A stretch of 64,000 nt of DNA from Dimorphilus gyrociliatus (GCA_904063045.1 CAJFCJ010000010.1:620001-684000), one strand, 5' to 3'. Numbered from the stretch's first letter, positions 11,066 to 24,803 are shown. The notes: a model not told the origin generated them from the sequence alone. Numbers and translations: made by a program.

Positions 11066-13295
11066 ATGGATGAAAATAAAAATACTCGTGTTAGGAAGCG
11101 GGTTTTTAAAAGAACTGCAACACCGACATTTTCTCCCTTAACTTCAGAAGATAGGGACAGAATTTCAGTACTAAACAATCATAAAGATCAAAGATTTGTA
11201 AACAAGGAACAAAGACGGTTAAGTAAATCTCCAGAGGATGTTTATGAATTTCAATCACCAGGTTCTCCAGTTAGGAAAGCTATTAGAAAGAGAACATTTA
11301 AAAGACATATACCCAAAGAAATTACTTATAATTATAGAGGTGTTTATGCAGATATTTCACCTGATAGATTTAATAATCAATACGATCAGAATGAAACATT
11401 TGAAATTATATCGAAAAGTCACAGAAGAGTGAGTGCTGATCAAACCATTGACTCGGTAAACGGAACTTTTACACAATTAAACGTTCCATGTAGTTCTTTT
11501 ATAGATAACTTAAAAGAGCGAGGTGAAGAATATAAGGAAAATTTGCCATGTGTCGATAGTGAGAAATTAAGAGGAGACTTTTCAAATGTATTTGTAAAAG
11601 AATCATTAGCTTCTAAAATTTCTAAAAAAGATGGTAAAGAAAATGTACTCCAAATGACTATTTCGTCAGAAGTTAATTTAATAGATCCTATTTCGAAGAA
11701 ACTAAAAGGAAGAAGAATCTCTTTAAGAAAAGATATATTAGAAAATCATCCAGTAAATGAATTAAATCGTGATCCAGGCTCCAGTGATAAAAAATCAAAG
11801 AAATTGCCTGAAAGTATAAATAACGATTCGGATGCTGATATTCAATTTCATATTAGACAAAATGTGAGAAAAATTGATATTAATGATGTTAAAGATAATC
11901 TCTATGATAAAGTTACTAAGTCAGATTGTAATAAAGTTATAAAATCAGCAAAGCAGAAATGTAAGGCATCAATTCCGTTAATTAAACTATTCCATGCATT
12001 TAGTTCATCAATTTATCTATTTAGATGGACAGGCTTATCAAGAGAATTACCTTGATAATAAAGCGGATGAAATTGGCAACAGGTATTTATTAATTTGAAT
12101 AATATCTTCGTTCTTTTTCAATTTTTTTCTTAAGTATATCGAATTCTTCTGACGAAGAAACTGAACTTCAAAAGAAAGATTCCCACGGTACATGATTTAT
12201 TTGCAATGCAAACTATTTTAAATAGAGTTAACTTAATATTTTAGGTGATATAACAAATCTTATAAAATGCAATGATTCCGAATCTGATGGTGAAGATTTA
12301 GAAGTTTTTCAAGAGAGGCAGGCAGGTTAATAATCTAATAGACGTTATCATTTATGTTTAACTTGATATTGTAAACATGTTTTCTTGTTTCTTTTATCTT
12401 TATTTAGCTGTTAAATCAAAGTCTAGAAGAGAAATTAGAAAATCAACAGCTAAGACGGTTATTGATCAAGCTAAATATCACAGTTTCATATTATCTCTAT
12501 CCGAAGAAGTTGATGAAAGTGAAAAGAAGAGGCATCCGGAAGCTATACGCTATGTAAAAGACTTTCAAAAGAATAAAAATGAACTAGCAAAAACTTTATT
12601 TCAAGAATTTAATAATAAAATATTTGACGGAAAATTGCCTGTTACAATGGATATAAGATGGAATAAGAGGCTATCTACCACGGCTGGCTATTGCAAGTAT
12701 ACCATTAATAGAACAACAAATGCTCATAAGGCCTGTATTGAGTTAAGCGACAAAGTTTGTGATTCATCCCATCGTCTTCGTGATATTCTTTTACATGAAA
12801 TGTGTCACGCAGCCGTTTGGATTCTAAATAAGCGGAAGGAGAGTCACGGACCAAATTGGAAAGGTTGGGCTGACTTATCAAGTTTAGTTTATCCCGAAAT
12901 ACCAAGAGTAGATGTTGCTCATAACTATGCCATTGTAAAAAAATTTCTTTATATTTGTATGAACTGCAACTATCAGTAAGTATTTTACGTAAAGTCATTT
13001 ATTACTTTATAATCCATAATTTTCATTCTATTACAGTATAAGCCGCCATTCTAAGTCTATTGATGAAAATGCACCTTGTAAAAAATGTGGTGTAGGCGAT
13101 CTGAAATTGGAGCGTAATCCCGCTTACAGTTCAATTCGGAAGCAAAGAGCAAGGGAACCTTCATCAGGTCTTCAACCATTCGCGTTATTCTTGAAAGAAA
13201 ATTATAGAACTGTAAGACAGCAAAGAGGATCTCATTCGGATACTATGAAAGCTCTTAGTGAAAAATTTAAAAAATCTAAATTATCAATCAGTTGA
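11066..13295 (+). CDS. GCNA: Germ cell nuclear acidic protein (GCNA/ACRC): disordered N-terminus + SprT-like metalloprotease + Zn finger + HMG-like box, about 637 aa
   Basis: Exons 11066-11960, 12025-12082, 12135-12187, 12245-12325, 12408-12975, 13037-13295 (1914 nt). FNNKIFDGKLP, WNKRLSTTAGYC, IELSDKVCDS, HExxH (LLHEMCHAA), HGPNWKGW, CMNC...ISRHSKSID...CKKC, PFALFLKENY. Confidence 0.93.
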
Positions 13296-14826
13296 AAGGT
13301 ATTGATTATCTATATTTTTTCTAAAATGCTTCAATTATATTTCATTTTTCCATTATTTTAAATATGTGTTTTAATTATCCTTTCTTTACCTGATTTAGAC
13401 CTGAAACAGTATTAATGTTTAGCAAATGTCCGTAATACTTTTTAATTTTAATAAAATCTATTTTAAAATTGTTTTTTTTTTAAAAAACAAAAAGAAGATT
13501 AAATTACGATTATCACTTGCCTTTCTTTTTACCTAAATTTACTGAAGTGGGTAATATATGAAACATTTAGATAACGTAGAATTAAATTCCGTATAAAGCT
13601 GCAAAATTTTCCACGGATATTCCCAGTTGGATAATCAAAATAATCCAGAAAGACAAGTTATCCAAATCTCTGAGTTCGTGCAACGAATAGTTATCCTATT
13701 CTAAAGACACCAATGGTTGATAGCCACAACGTAATAAATTTGCCAAATGCATTATATAAAAGACATAGTTAAATTTAGTAATATTTTAAATAGTTGTATT
13801 AAACCTTATCTATATGTTGACAATAGGAAGTAACTTTATCAACGGTGTCATCACATAAATTTTTCCTTTCCATCAAGTAAAATTACCATTCCAGCCTCTC
13901 TCCGCTTTGCATATGTATAAAATAGCGATTACCGACAATTTCAAAGATTTGCCTATACGATATATGTCATTGGATAAATAGTAAAAATTGTAAAATAGCC
14001 TAAAAACTTTAAATACAATTTAGCCGAATGAATTTTAGCATATAATGAATATTTATGAACTTGTAATTGCTAATGAAGTACAATTGTAGATGAAAGAAAA
14101 GTTAATAATTGTTTATTCAAACAAAATTACAAAATTTCAAGATTATTAAGTATTGTAAAAGAATAGTAGAAAAGAGAAAATAGGTGGCGTTAGATATCTT
14201 TTCTCTGAAAAGAAACGAAAAAATCTACTGCTACTGTAGATTTTACTATTATTTCTTGCTCTCCCTCCGTTCTCTTTCGTGTTTTTTTTCCACATCAAAA
14301 GAAACTAAGTCGGATGAGAGAGAGAAAGAAATTTATCAAAAAGATGACTTTATTTATTGCGAATTAACATAATAAATTGATCATATTTCTGAATAATAAA
14401 GAGAAGATGATTATTAAAATAAAGAGAAATGGTAAAAGAAAAAGATAAAGATAAAAATCTCCGAGTCAAGAGTAACATTGTTTTTATCATTATATTTTCC
14501 TTTGAGACTTTCTGAAATAAAGTTTTGTCAGTCAATGTAAACGTGATAAGAAACAGAGTAAGAAATACTACACTACTAGATTTTACTATACTCAATAATA
14601 ATGTTAATTATTCTTAAATTCCATTCAAAAAGAAAATAAAACCAATTAATAATTTTCTTCCGTTTTTTGTCTCTCTTCTTTACAAACAATCACTATCGAT
14701 ATCCTAGGCTTATATCTTATTTAGCTACGGATGATATATAGCTCTATTTTATGTCCATTATAAAATATTTTCAAATATCTAATAGATGCATATATAATAG
14801 ATTGGTACAAAGTATTTAAATCGCTC

Positions 14827-14830
<4 letters not shown>

Positions 14831-14857
<27 letters not shown>
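14831..14857. repeat. (TC)n microsatellite
   Basis: Uninterrupted TC run, seen directly. Confidence 0.9.
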
Positions 14858-15374
14858 ACATATAAGAGAAAATTCTCGTTTTGTACATAAATCATAATTA
14901 AGATAGAAACTAGATGGCTGTTGTCTGATTTCTAATTTTGGATAGAGCTTCTAAGCCATTGTTTTTATGATAATGATGCAAATCAATTATGAAGTTAGCA
15001 ATAATTTACATTAAGACAATCATTAATTTTTCATTATATCTTTATTTTTGTATAAAAAATTATTTTTTTTTATAAAAACAAAACAAAACATTAATTTATT
15101 GTTATTTAATAGTTTAAGAATTTACTAAAAATGTATATTTATATTAAATAATGATTATACTGGGGATAAGCAAATGTCCTTGAGCATTTTTGTTTGTTTG
15201 AGTTGAGACTTTAATTAACATAAGGTTAAGATAAAGCTAATAAAGCTTTCCCTTTCTTCATCTAAAGTTCATTGAAATATTATTTTTTGTTGTGACAAGA
15301 TTGAATACAAACAAACGAAAACTAGTAGTGAAATTCATATTGACAAATTTATATATCAAAGCTAGGTATTCATG

Positions 15375-18300
15375 TCATAACTGGGGTTTAAATAATTTCA
15401 CTACTACAAGAATAACCACAGTAGGAGCTATTAGAAAGAATAGAAATAAGTAAAAAAAGAATTTATCCATTATTTCGGCCATTAACTTCCAATCATTCTT
15501 AACTTTACCGTTTGAGGTTGTTGGGTGTACTGGCGTTAATAATTCCAGGTGTTCCCCTGGCCTCTCAGTTTCATTATTGTGGTTTGATGCTCTTAAGGTT
15601 AAGGAAGATTCAATTGTTTCCGTCCAAACAATTTGATCAGATTCTTTTTTCTTCTTTCTAATCTTCTTAACGGCCGTTTCCGCTTCGCATTCCAATGGCC
15701 AGCCGATCAATCGGGCTATATAAACGAGTATTAAAGTTCTCAGCCAATTTGGTGGGGCATGATCTGCTGACCGGAAGTGCATTCGTATAACAAGGACAGC
15801 CATGGCCACAGCTATTGTATTTGCCATCATAAAGTATGTAAGATAGATGGCTATAATTGGTATGGCATCTGATGTATCTGGTACATTACCAGCGACCAAG
15901 AGAAGAAAAACTGAAATTATAAAAAATTTGTTTTTGCTTTTATTGTATTTAGGACAATTGCAGAAATAGTTTCATAATTATATATCTCTGCTCTTTTAAT
16001 CAAAGTAAAGTTTACCTGAAATTGCTACTAATATTGATACTCCAAGAGATACTTTTTCTCCACTTTCAGCTGGTACCAAAAATATCATTAATAAAACTCC
16101 AGATAGCATCAGGCATGGTAGGAGGATGTAGACAAGATAGAACGTATACTTCCGCCGGATGTGTAAAGTAAAGTAAACTTCTGGAAATTGATCCTGGTAA
16201 TATCGGTAAACCCTGTTCACACTGCTAACTTGTGTCTTTATAATATCCCACTCGCCGTGTTTAATATATGTATCTAAACCTATAACATCCATCGAGTTAC
16301 TTAGGTTCACTTTATCAGCTGTGTAAACCCAAGTTTCAAGTTCAATGGTACATTTTTGATCGTCGAATGGATAAAAGTTCATATTTAGAGCACAGGAAAT
16401 TGCAAAAACTCCTCCTGAAAAATTAATACAATAGAATAAATAAGAAATATTATAAAATTGTTTAGATAAATAGAATACATTAATTATATTGTCTTCTATT
16501 TAGATTAGAGAACTTGGTTGTTTTTCTACTAAGAGCTACGAAGGGCGTAAATTGAAAAGACTAGATAATCGGGAAATTCTCTTAAGGCTTTTAGAAAAGC
16601 CAAAGATCTGGGAGGTGCAAGAGAAGAAAACTTCTCGGATAAAAGACACAAGTCGTAACCTTGGTGAAGAAATGAACTAGTAGTCGTATATTATAATACA
16701 ATATCCTGCTTATAGAAATATGGAAATTTTATGAAATCCTTAATAATTATAGAATGAAGTCTTTTTATGAGCAATACAAAAAAAATGAATAGAAGTAAAA
16801 GATGTGAAGACATATAAAAGCATATTAAACAGAAGGAGTAATTTTTTTCAGCTTGGACATCGTATCTACTCTTTGGATAGCTAATAATCATACTAACTTT
16901 TTATTTTACTTATTGGTTTTATTCGTTTGGATAAAGTCAATGGAAATATTGAGCACGTATAGTAAAGATAGTAATCGGATTAATGAATAAATTAACAAAC
17001 CGGGTTGCCACCGGGCACTTCCGTCATGTCGTACTGTAATCCAAAACCGTCTGTAATGTTCGCCATCGAATAGTTTGTTGGCGCTATTTCCAATAGCCAA
17101 TTTAGGTATCCACATTTTTCTTGGATCAACTACAATAGATCTTAGATTGCCATATTCCTCGATATTCCATGTTAAGAATTCATCAGTCCATTCAGCAGTT
17201 AGCCAGCCTTATAATTTTTTTATTCGTTTAAGGACGCCCGTTATTTAATTCATTGAATAAATACACTTTATCTAATTCTTCCCTTTATGACGAGTGTTTT
17301 CCCTAATAGAAATAAGAAAGGAATACCCTGTCTTGACGTTTTTTTCTCTTCACTCAACTTTTCATTTTTGAAAGTTTCCCTTTAGGAAATCTCTCTTCCG
17401 TTATTGGTTGAAAAGATACCTTTTCTTGTCAATATATGAAATCATATATCGAGCAGCTGTCCGTATCCACGTTCATTCAATAATTGTGAACGATTACTTT
17501 CGCTATGTGAATTTCACCGAAATAATTGTAGATTAGCTTATCTCTTCAAGGAGACGCCTTGTTTTTTTTAGTATGTATTACTCAGGGAAAAGGAGATAGA
17601 AATATCGATTTTGTATTTGCAGGCGAAATACTTTTTCTTTCTTTAGTAAAGTTAGCAAGATGATTAAAATATAAAGGGAAGAAATTAAAGAAAAAGCACA
17701 GGGGACAACGGACTATCTATCTGTGTATGTCCCACTTGTAAGACTGATAAAAAAGTTAATTTTTTAACAGAGACTACTACTGGAATTGAGGGATACCAGT
17801 ACACTAAATAAAACAAAAGGAATAGTGCGGACTAGGGTGAAAAAAGAATAAAAAAATAAAGAAAAATAATGAGGTTGAACGAAGGTGAAATTAAGACGTT
17901 CGTTTTTAAAAATATTGATAATGTCTAAATTATATTTATACCTATATTTTGCTTAAATATTTTTAATTAATAACATTCGGCGTCCTTAATTACTAACCGC
18001 TTACTTTGAGTATTTGTCTCTTTTCGTCCTGTAAAGTAACATTTGCTAAGTTGATTGATTAGAAAATGAATAGCTAATATAAAATTGATAACTCTTAAGC
18101 AACAGTCTGCAGCATCCTTGACTCTAATTTCAAAAAAAAAAGCTATATTTTTGGAAAAAAAAGCTATTGAAATACGTTATTTCATATTTTCTTTTATATT
18201 ATATTACTTAAAATTTCAATTCACTCTTTGCATAAGATTTTTTATATTGCCTTTTTTTTTTGAAGAAGAAAAGAAAGCAATAAAAGTCTTTGGGAAGCAT

Positions 18301-20109
18301 TTCGTTCATATATTAATTTCTATTTAGAATATTAAAAACGTCAAAATTATATCTCCCTTTGATGTTCAGCGTTAAATAGGCAATAAAAGAAATTAAGTAA
18401 TTTTTTAATGCTCCACTTACGTAATAGCTAATATATTCAAATAAATATAACATATAATAGATGCACATAGTAATATTAATATTTTATCTAAAGATAAATA
18501 AAGAGTAAAATAGAAAGTGGATCGATTCCTCTTGAAGATCGAAAGAAAGAAGCCACTTTAGATTTAAGGATAAAGAAGAAAAATAACAAAGGAAATTATT
18601 ATCCGATTGTTTTTTCTGATTGGATAGTTAAAATACTTGAAGGAGAAAAAAGTCACATGAAATTGTTTTTTTCTGTTAATTTTTAACTAAATTAAAAAAT
18701 AATTTAAACTTGTGTGAAAGGACGACTTTAAAAAAGAATTAAGCCTATGTTTTTTCTTTTTTTAGGTAAAGTTCCTTTACAAATCAACGCTGTTTAAATA
18801 ACTTTTTATATAGATATAAATATATCCTATTATATAATAATGTAGATATTTTTAGCTCGTGTGAAGAATGATTATTAATAAATAGTAATGATACTCTTTT
18901 TTTAAACAGGATAAAATTGCAAAGTGAAGCCAATGGATAAAAGGATTGGAGCACGCGATCCCTTCTTTCTTACCAGATCGTTAATCTGCTGAAGAGAAAA
19001 TCGAACGTTGACCAAGACCGTTTCGCTGGAGTTCCACCTTGGTCTTACAGACCGTTCGTAGTGTTTGAATAACTTTCTCATTAGTTTCTGTTCCTCACAC
19101 TTCCACTCTGAAACAGATAGCAATAGGAAATTAGTTGTGTGTTGAGGAAATCAGTCAAAAACAGCGCAGACAAACAATTTGACATGGGTAGAAAAAGAGT
19201 GTGAAAGTCGAAACTGTGGCAAATCATATACAGACGCTTCCTCTCATCTTACACTTTCGTAAAAACCTCGTATTTCTTTTATTTCTTTTTTTCATGTTAT
19301 TTTTATTTTATTGATTATGAACATTACTCTAAAATTGATTTTTGATAAATAATTCAATCTGGAAAGTAATGGAAAGAATTTAAAAAATCTTTCTTTTCCA
19401 TGCAAACGTCCAATTAGAAGCGGCTATTTCTAATAAATTCTCGCCCGGGAACGAGACTATCTATTACAAAAATTTTCTGCTATTTTAGTAAAAAGAGAAG
19501 ACGATGTACATACTAAAAGAGGGGAAACTATTGAAATAATTGCGTTTCTGAAAAGCAAAATGAAACGAAAGCCTACTCCTTGAGGCGAATATTAAGTTAT
19601 TAATACAAATTTTCAAAGGAGAATATCTATATGACAAATGATGAAAACCAGAAATAAAGAAAGACGAACGGAAAGACACCAGCGTTAATTGAAAATGAGG
19701 AGGCTAGTATTTACAAGAAGTTGACTTAATAGATACTCTTCAATGCTGGTCTCGTATTTGCCATTTGATTGAATGTAATAAAAACTATACTTTTCCAAAA
19801 GTTATTATTCAAACAACGATAAGAGAGTGTGTACAGAGATAACAATGTAAAAAAATTGATAAAAAGTATAAAGAAAGCTAAAAAATTCAATTTTATTTAT
19901 TATAATTAGGTTAAAGAGTTAAAAAATTCTTTCATTAATTAACTATCGTTTAAAGAAGATGAAAAAGTTAACTTGAAAAAATTCAAGCTTCTTTCTTTTG
20001 TAATAGAAATGAAATCGAAATTCAACTTACGAGTTTTAGCGGAAATCGCCAAATCTATTACGATGATTGTAAAGAAGTGGGAAATTATCCAAACGACGCT
20101 TTTCCTCAT
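15375..20109 (-). CDS. Cys-loop ligand-gated cation channel, nicotinic acetylcholine receptor-like non-alpha subunit, about 461 aa
   Basis: Exons 20031-20109 (signal peptide MRKSVVWIISHFFTIIVIDLAISA), 18974-19107, 18005-18028, 17797-17803, 17001-17207, 16016-16414, 15375-15910 (1386 nt). Cys-loop CALNMNFYPFDDQKC, loop B ETWVY, M2 PAESGEKVSLGVSILVAISVFLLLV, four TM segments; no vicinal Cys-Cys in loop C. Confidence 0.93.
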
Positions 20110-22286
20110 CGTAAAACTTTTGCTTTTTGGACGGCTGTGTGAAACGACCTACAGACGGCGCTTTCCATTTTAATGTGGAAATTTTTAACAGTTGATAAAG
20201 AAAATCTCAGTGGTATCCTAAACTTACATTTAACATAAAGTGATTTCTGTGTTAATCAGATACTGTCAAATGATATTTGATCAAATGAAAGAAGTTTAAT
20301 GAAAACAAATGCAGTATAATATTAAAGCTTTTCTTATGTAAATCACGATTCTGGACAATGAACCATAGTTGAATTATACAATTACTAGTGACAGTTTCTC
20401 ATATCTGTTAATAGTTTTATGCTTTTCCTCTTTCCCCCCTTTCCATTAAACACCTTCCAAAGTACGCTACTCAATAAACACAAGCCAAGGAGAGAGAGGC
20501 AAACCACCAATAGAATATTATAGTCTGGACGTTGTTATTTTATTGATAACGTCCTGTTCCTAGCTATAGAATGACCTTGCCATCTTCGTTGAATTACATC
20601 CTACAAAACTTATGAGTCTTGTAAGAGAAATTTTGAGAAAATTTATCCATCTCTTCTTTTCATATAGTATTTTTGTTATCTATAATTTTTTTCCCTCAAT
20701 AGAATGCAATATTACTGTTTCCTTTCAAATTTCTATTTATTCAATTCGAAAACCATCAAAAAAATGTGGATATCAAGATAAAATCGAATTTTATTCTCTT
20801 AAGATATACAAAATTCTACCCAAGGCGTTATTCTAAGTTTTGCAGCTTTGAATATAGGCCTTATAATAAACGAGAGATGGCGTAGTAAGTGAGGAAAAAA
20901 GTGAACTAAGTGATAACCAAAAGGGAATTGGTTAATTGTGGGTTTGCTTAGAAGACAAGAAAAAGTCTAACTCTAATAGTATTAAACCTATCTAAAGCAT
21001 GCAATAAAAAGAGACCTATTCTAAAGTGTTCCTCTTTAAGATAATAGAATGCTTTTAATCCAGTAAATTTACACCTAAATCTAATTTGAATTATAATAAC
21101 ACAAGAACTACAATGACGTAACAGCGTCTTGGTTTAAAATAACGGATTTTCGTTGAAAAAGTGAATTTTAAACGAATTCGTTAAAAGGGATAGCTGTGGG
21201 TGGGAGTTTAGATAAGATATTTCCTAAATGAAAACCAGTCATCTTATTCAATAGTATTACTACATAAACACTATAGAATTTGCCCTTTAAAAATAATTAG
21301 ATTAGCTATTATCCGTGGAAACTTTAATACAAACTAATTAGGATCTATGATTAGAAGAAATATTCATATTTGGCATTTAATAATTATACTATCTATACAT
21401 TAATATGTTTTTTTTTGTTACATTTAAAGAACGTTATCTATTCTTTCCATTAGCTAACTATTTTCTAACTACGATAGTTGTTGAAATATGAGGCAATAAT
21501 AATACAAAAATAGATGTAGTCTTATTCTAGAAGATTCTCTAAGCATAAAACAAAGTAAAGACAAGTAATATCGTCAGTTTGTCTTACTATTTATATTAGT
21601 ATCGACTGCTTAGCTTTCATTCTACGGATAAACTTTGTCTTTCTATTCCTTTCGCAGACCTTTCGAAACAATCAAACAAATAATTCTCTGTTCAAGGACT
21701 TTTTCCATTGTTAATGTTTCGCCTAATATATAATGAAATAAGTGAACAGATCAATTAAAATTCAATATGGGATGTAATTGATGATTAATTTTTAATTATT
21801 GGAAACTTTATAAGTGTGATGAAAATTTTATTTTTAGACTTTTGTGAAAGTAAAATTTAATTTCTGACGATTTGATAGGAAGATCTTGTGTTTTCTCTTG
21901 TTTTATGAACTATTAATTCGTTGATATAATTTAACATTTAGATTGCAACAATGTAACAAAATTTGATTGTAAACAAATCATGTTTTGTTCGGGTAAACAC
22001 GAGGAAAAAAATCAAATTCAGGTTCTCAGTTCTTTGTTATTTTGATCTCTCAATTATTGAAAGTGGAAGGCGTAACCAGTTTACATAGGAATATTTTGTG
22101 TTGATGAAACGCCATTTCTCCCGCCGTATAAAAAGTCAGCTGAAAAATACTATATAATTGAGATTGCAAACAATTGCTTATTAGTTCTTATCTACGTTGA
22201 ATATTAATGAGAGAAATCGAATTTTTAAAAATAGAAACTAAGCAACGAATAAAGATCACTTTTCAGAAGTAAACAATTTAACCAGA

Positions 22287-22945
22287 ATGCCCCAGTGTTT
22301 TCATGTGGTGAAATGCTACTCTTGTTGGACCTATCAGGTTAAATATGAAAAAGGGAATAAAATATACAGAATATATATATATATTACCTATATTCATTAA
22401 AAAAAGTGTTAAAACCTGCAGGTGCAAATTGTTAAGAAGGTTAAAAAATTTCAGTGCAAAATGTGTGGAGAAAAACAGTCTGTAAAATTGGTAATTTGAT
22501 AATTTATCTAATTTTATCTTGTAAGTAAGTTTAATAAGGTAATATTAAATAAAACAGGTGATTTTCGAGGGATCAGCTAAGGATTGTCGTCATATTGCTC
22601 AAGATAAAAACTTGAAAAAAGGTCAATTATTTGAAGAGCTCGCCCAAAAATCTAGCGAAAGTTCAAACGAATCAGTAATATACAATTAGATCGTTATAAT
22701 ATACTTTACTTTGTACACTTTTCCAAAAGGACACAGATCAAGTAGAAGAAAAGGTTATTTCCAGTGGAACATATGATTCGCGAATAGTTTCTGGTGCCTC
22801 AAAATGGGACAAATATTTAACAAGCGCTGAGGGTGAAGAGGTTAACCCATACAATAATATTTCTACTTTTAGACGTGAGAAAAGAGAGTTAGAAAATGAT
22901 GATGATTCTTCACCTGAAAGAGTTCATAAAAAGGTATCATTATGA
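22287..22945 (+). CDS. MRNIP: MRN complex-interacting protein (C5orf45/UPF0544 family), about 150 aa
   Basis: Exons 22287-22337, 22422-22490, 22558-22674, 22730-22945 (453 nt): MPQCFHVVKCYSCWTYQVQIVKKVKKFQCKMCGEKQSVKLVIFEGSAKDCRHIAQDKNLKKG...SKWDKYL. This matches the MRNIP N-terminal CxxC...CxxCGEKQS...GSxxDCR signature. TATA-like TATAAAAA near 22127. Confidence 0.88.
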
Positions 22946-24748
22946 CAAAGAGAAGAAGAGGAGAAATATGATTTTAATTAAAGAAAGAAATATATATAAA
23001 TATATATATACTATATACTTAATACTGTATATGATAGTACATTTTATTATTATAGTCATTTTTAACATTATTATTTATTATATAGCTATACGATAAATAA
23101 TAAATTCAAATGAAAATCTAGGAAAATGCTGTATTTTATTACAGTTTTCATAAAGTCTTCTTGTATATTTTACTAGTAGAACCGGGTAAAATTCGCTAGG
23201 TGTCGCTATAAAGTATAAAAACGAAAAAAGAAATTGCAAAAGAAATCAACCGTAGATGGCAATGGTATTTTTATGAGGGAAGGGATTGGGAAGGAGAACT
23301 AAATTTTTCGCTATTTCTGTCCATCTGTCTCCTCTATCCCTCCAATTCTTCTTCCCTCTTTCTCTTTTCTATCTCTCTCTAGTTTTATCCTTTCGCTTTT
23401 CTCTTCTCTTTACTCTTCTTTCTATCAGCCAGTGCACTAAAGTGACATTTTTTTCGATTAAATAGGAGTACAGGGTTTTTTGATGTAAAAGATAGATGAT
23501 TTACACCTCCAATTATTACGTGTTTCTAAAAATCATAGGTTTTAAATGGAATAGTTCATCGAACTATTAAAATGCGTTGCGAATTATTTTGACGGCGTTT
23601 TCGTGCAAACGCCGCGAATCAATAGATCAATAGGACGGTTTGATGAAGCGCGTGCTGTGCATGACGGTTGCAGAAGGCTTGCGGTCGTGGAAACGCGCTA
23701 ATTGCAGTCTTGCTGCAGGGTAATTATAAGAATGTGACTTATTTCGTTTTATTTCGTTTGTCTCTTGATTCGACAACAAATGAAAGGTTTTAAGATATCA
23801 ACTGCGTTCTTCATTTAAGTCTTATGTCTCTATTTCTGCGTTATTCTTTATGATGTTATTACAGATCGATGTCGTTTATATTTCCCCCTCCCTTACACGT
23901 AAATCCTAAATGAGACAATTAATAAGAAAATTAACCAATATTTATTGATGTGTGCAGTGTATTACGCAATAACCTGTTGCTGAATGAAAAATGGTGTTTG
24001 TACATGTCTGCATATAAATTTTTTTTTACCTTAACACCATATCTATTGGATTAAATTGATGATATTTTGAGTAAGGTCATACATAGCTTATCACATCGAT
24101 ACTCTACTGGTTTTACAACTAAACCTTATAAATAGTTAAAGTAATTCATAAAAGAAACTCTCTATTGAATAATGTATGAAAAATGTTTTTTTTAAAGAGT
24201 AAAAACGACACTATCGTGAGAAAATATGTTAAATTTTTTTAAAAAAGAGAAACAAGAGTCTATAAATTCAAGTCTATTTTTCCGCATGTATCAATCAATA
24301 ATTTAAATTATTTGACCTTAAACGAATAAAATACGAAATTTGAATATTTTTCTAAATCGAGATACTCTATCTAAAGTATACAATACAATAAACAGTTATG
24401 TTAGCTGTATATCTGGATATATCTATATATATATATATATATGTGTGTGTACACGTATATACACAAATATACGACAGATAAATAAGAATCATCTACAGCA
24501 AATCTTTTCTATGATATCAAAGAAAAAGTTGATAAATTTTCATATCATTTATTACATTAATCAAGTGAAAATTATTTATATTTCAATTGTTTAGTAATGT
24601 GAAAAGTATGGCGAAGCGCATGCGTCAATGATATCGTTTTTATTGATAATATACGATTGTATACAGAATGATAACGTACAACAGTTTTAACTAATTAGAC
24701 TTCTTATGGTAAGAATATAGCGTAGAAAATTTATATACGACATATATG

Positions 24749-24749
<1 letters not shown>

Positions 24750-24792
<43 letters not shown>
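24750..24792. repeat. (TA)n microsatellite
   Basis: About 21 TA units, seen directly. Shorter (TA)n runs also occur near 39022, 53354 and 59844. Confidence 0.9.

Positions 24793-24803
<11 letters not shown>

Noticed and set aside
18414-18434. Second 7-nt microexon-like sequence (TAG|CTATTAC|GTAAGT, minus strand) in the receptor gene
   Set aside because: It lies between two phase-0 boundaries, so inclusion would frameshift, and the protein aligns fully without it. A poison-exon role cannot be excluded.
22841-22872. Apparent mini-intron (GAG|GTTAAC...TTTTAG|) in the last MRNIP exon
   Set aside because: Splicing gives an immediate stop, whereas reading through stays in frame to 22945; only 32 nt long.
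23660-23693. SECIS-like pattern ATGA...AA...GA
   Set aside because: Only 9 nt between ATGA and AA (11-12 expected), the 3' GA is out of register for the quartet, and no upstream gene has an in-frame TGA needing recoding.
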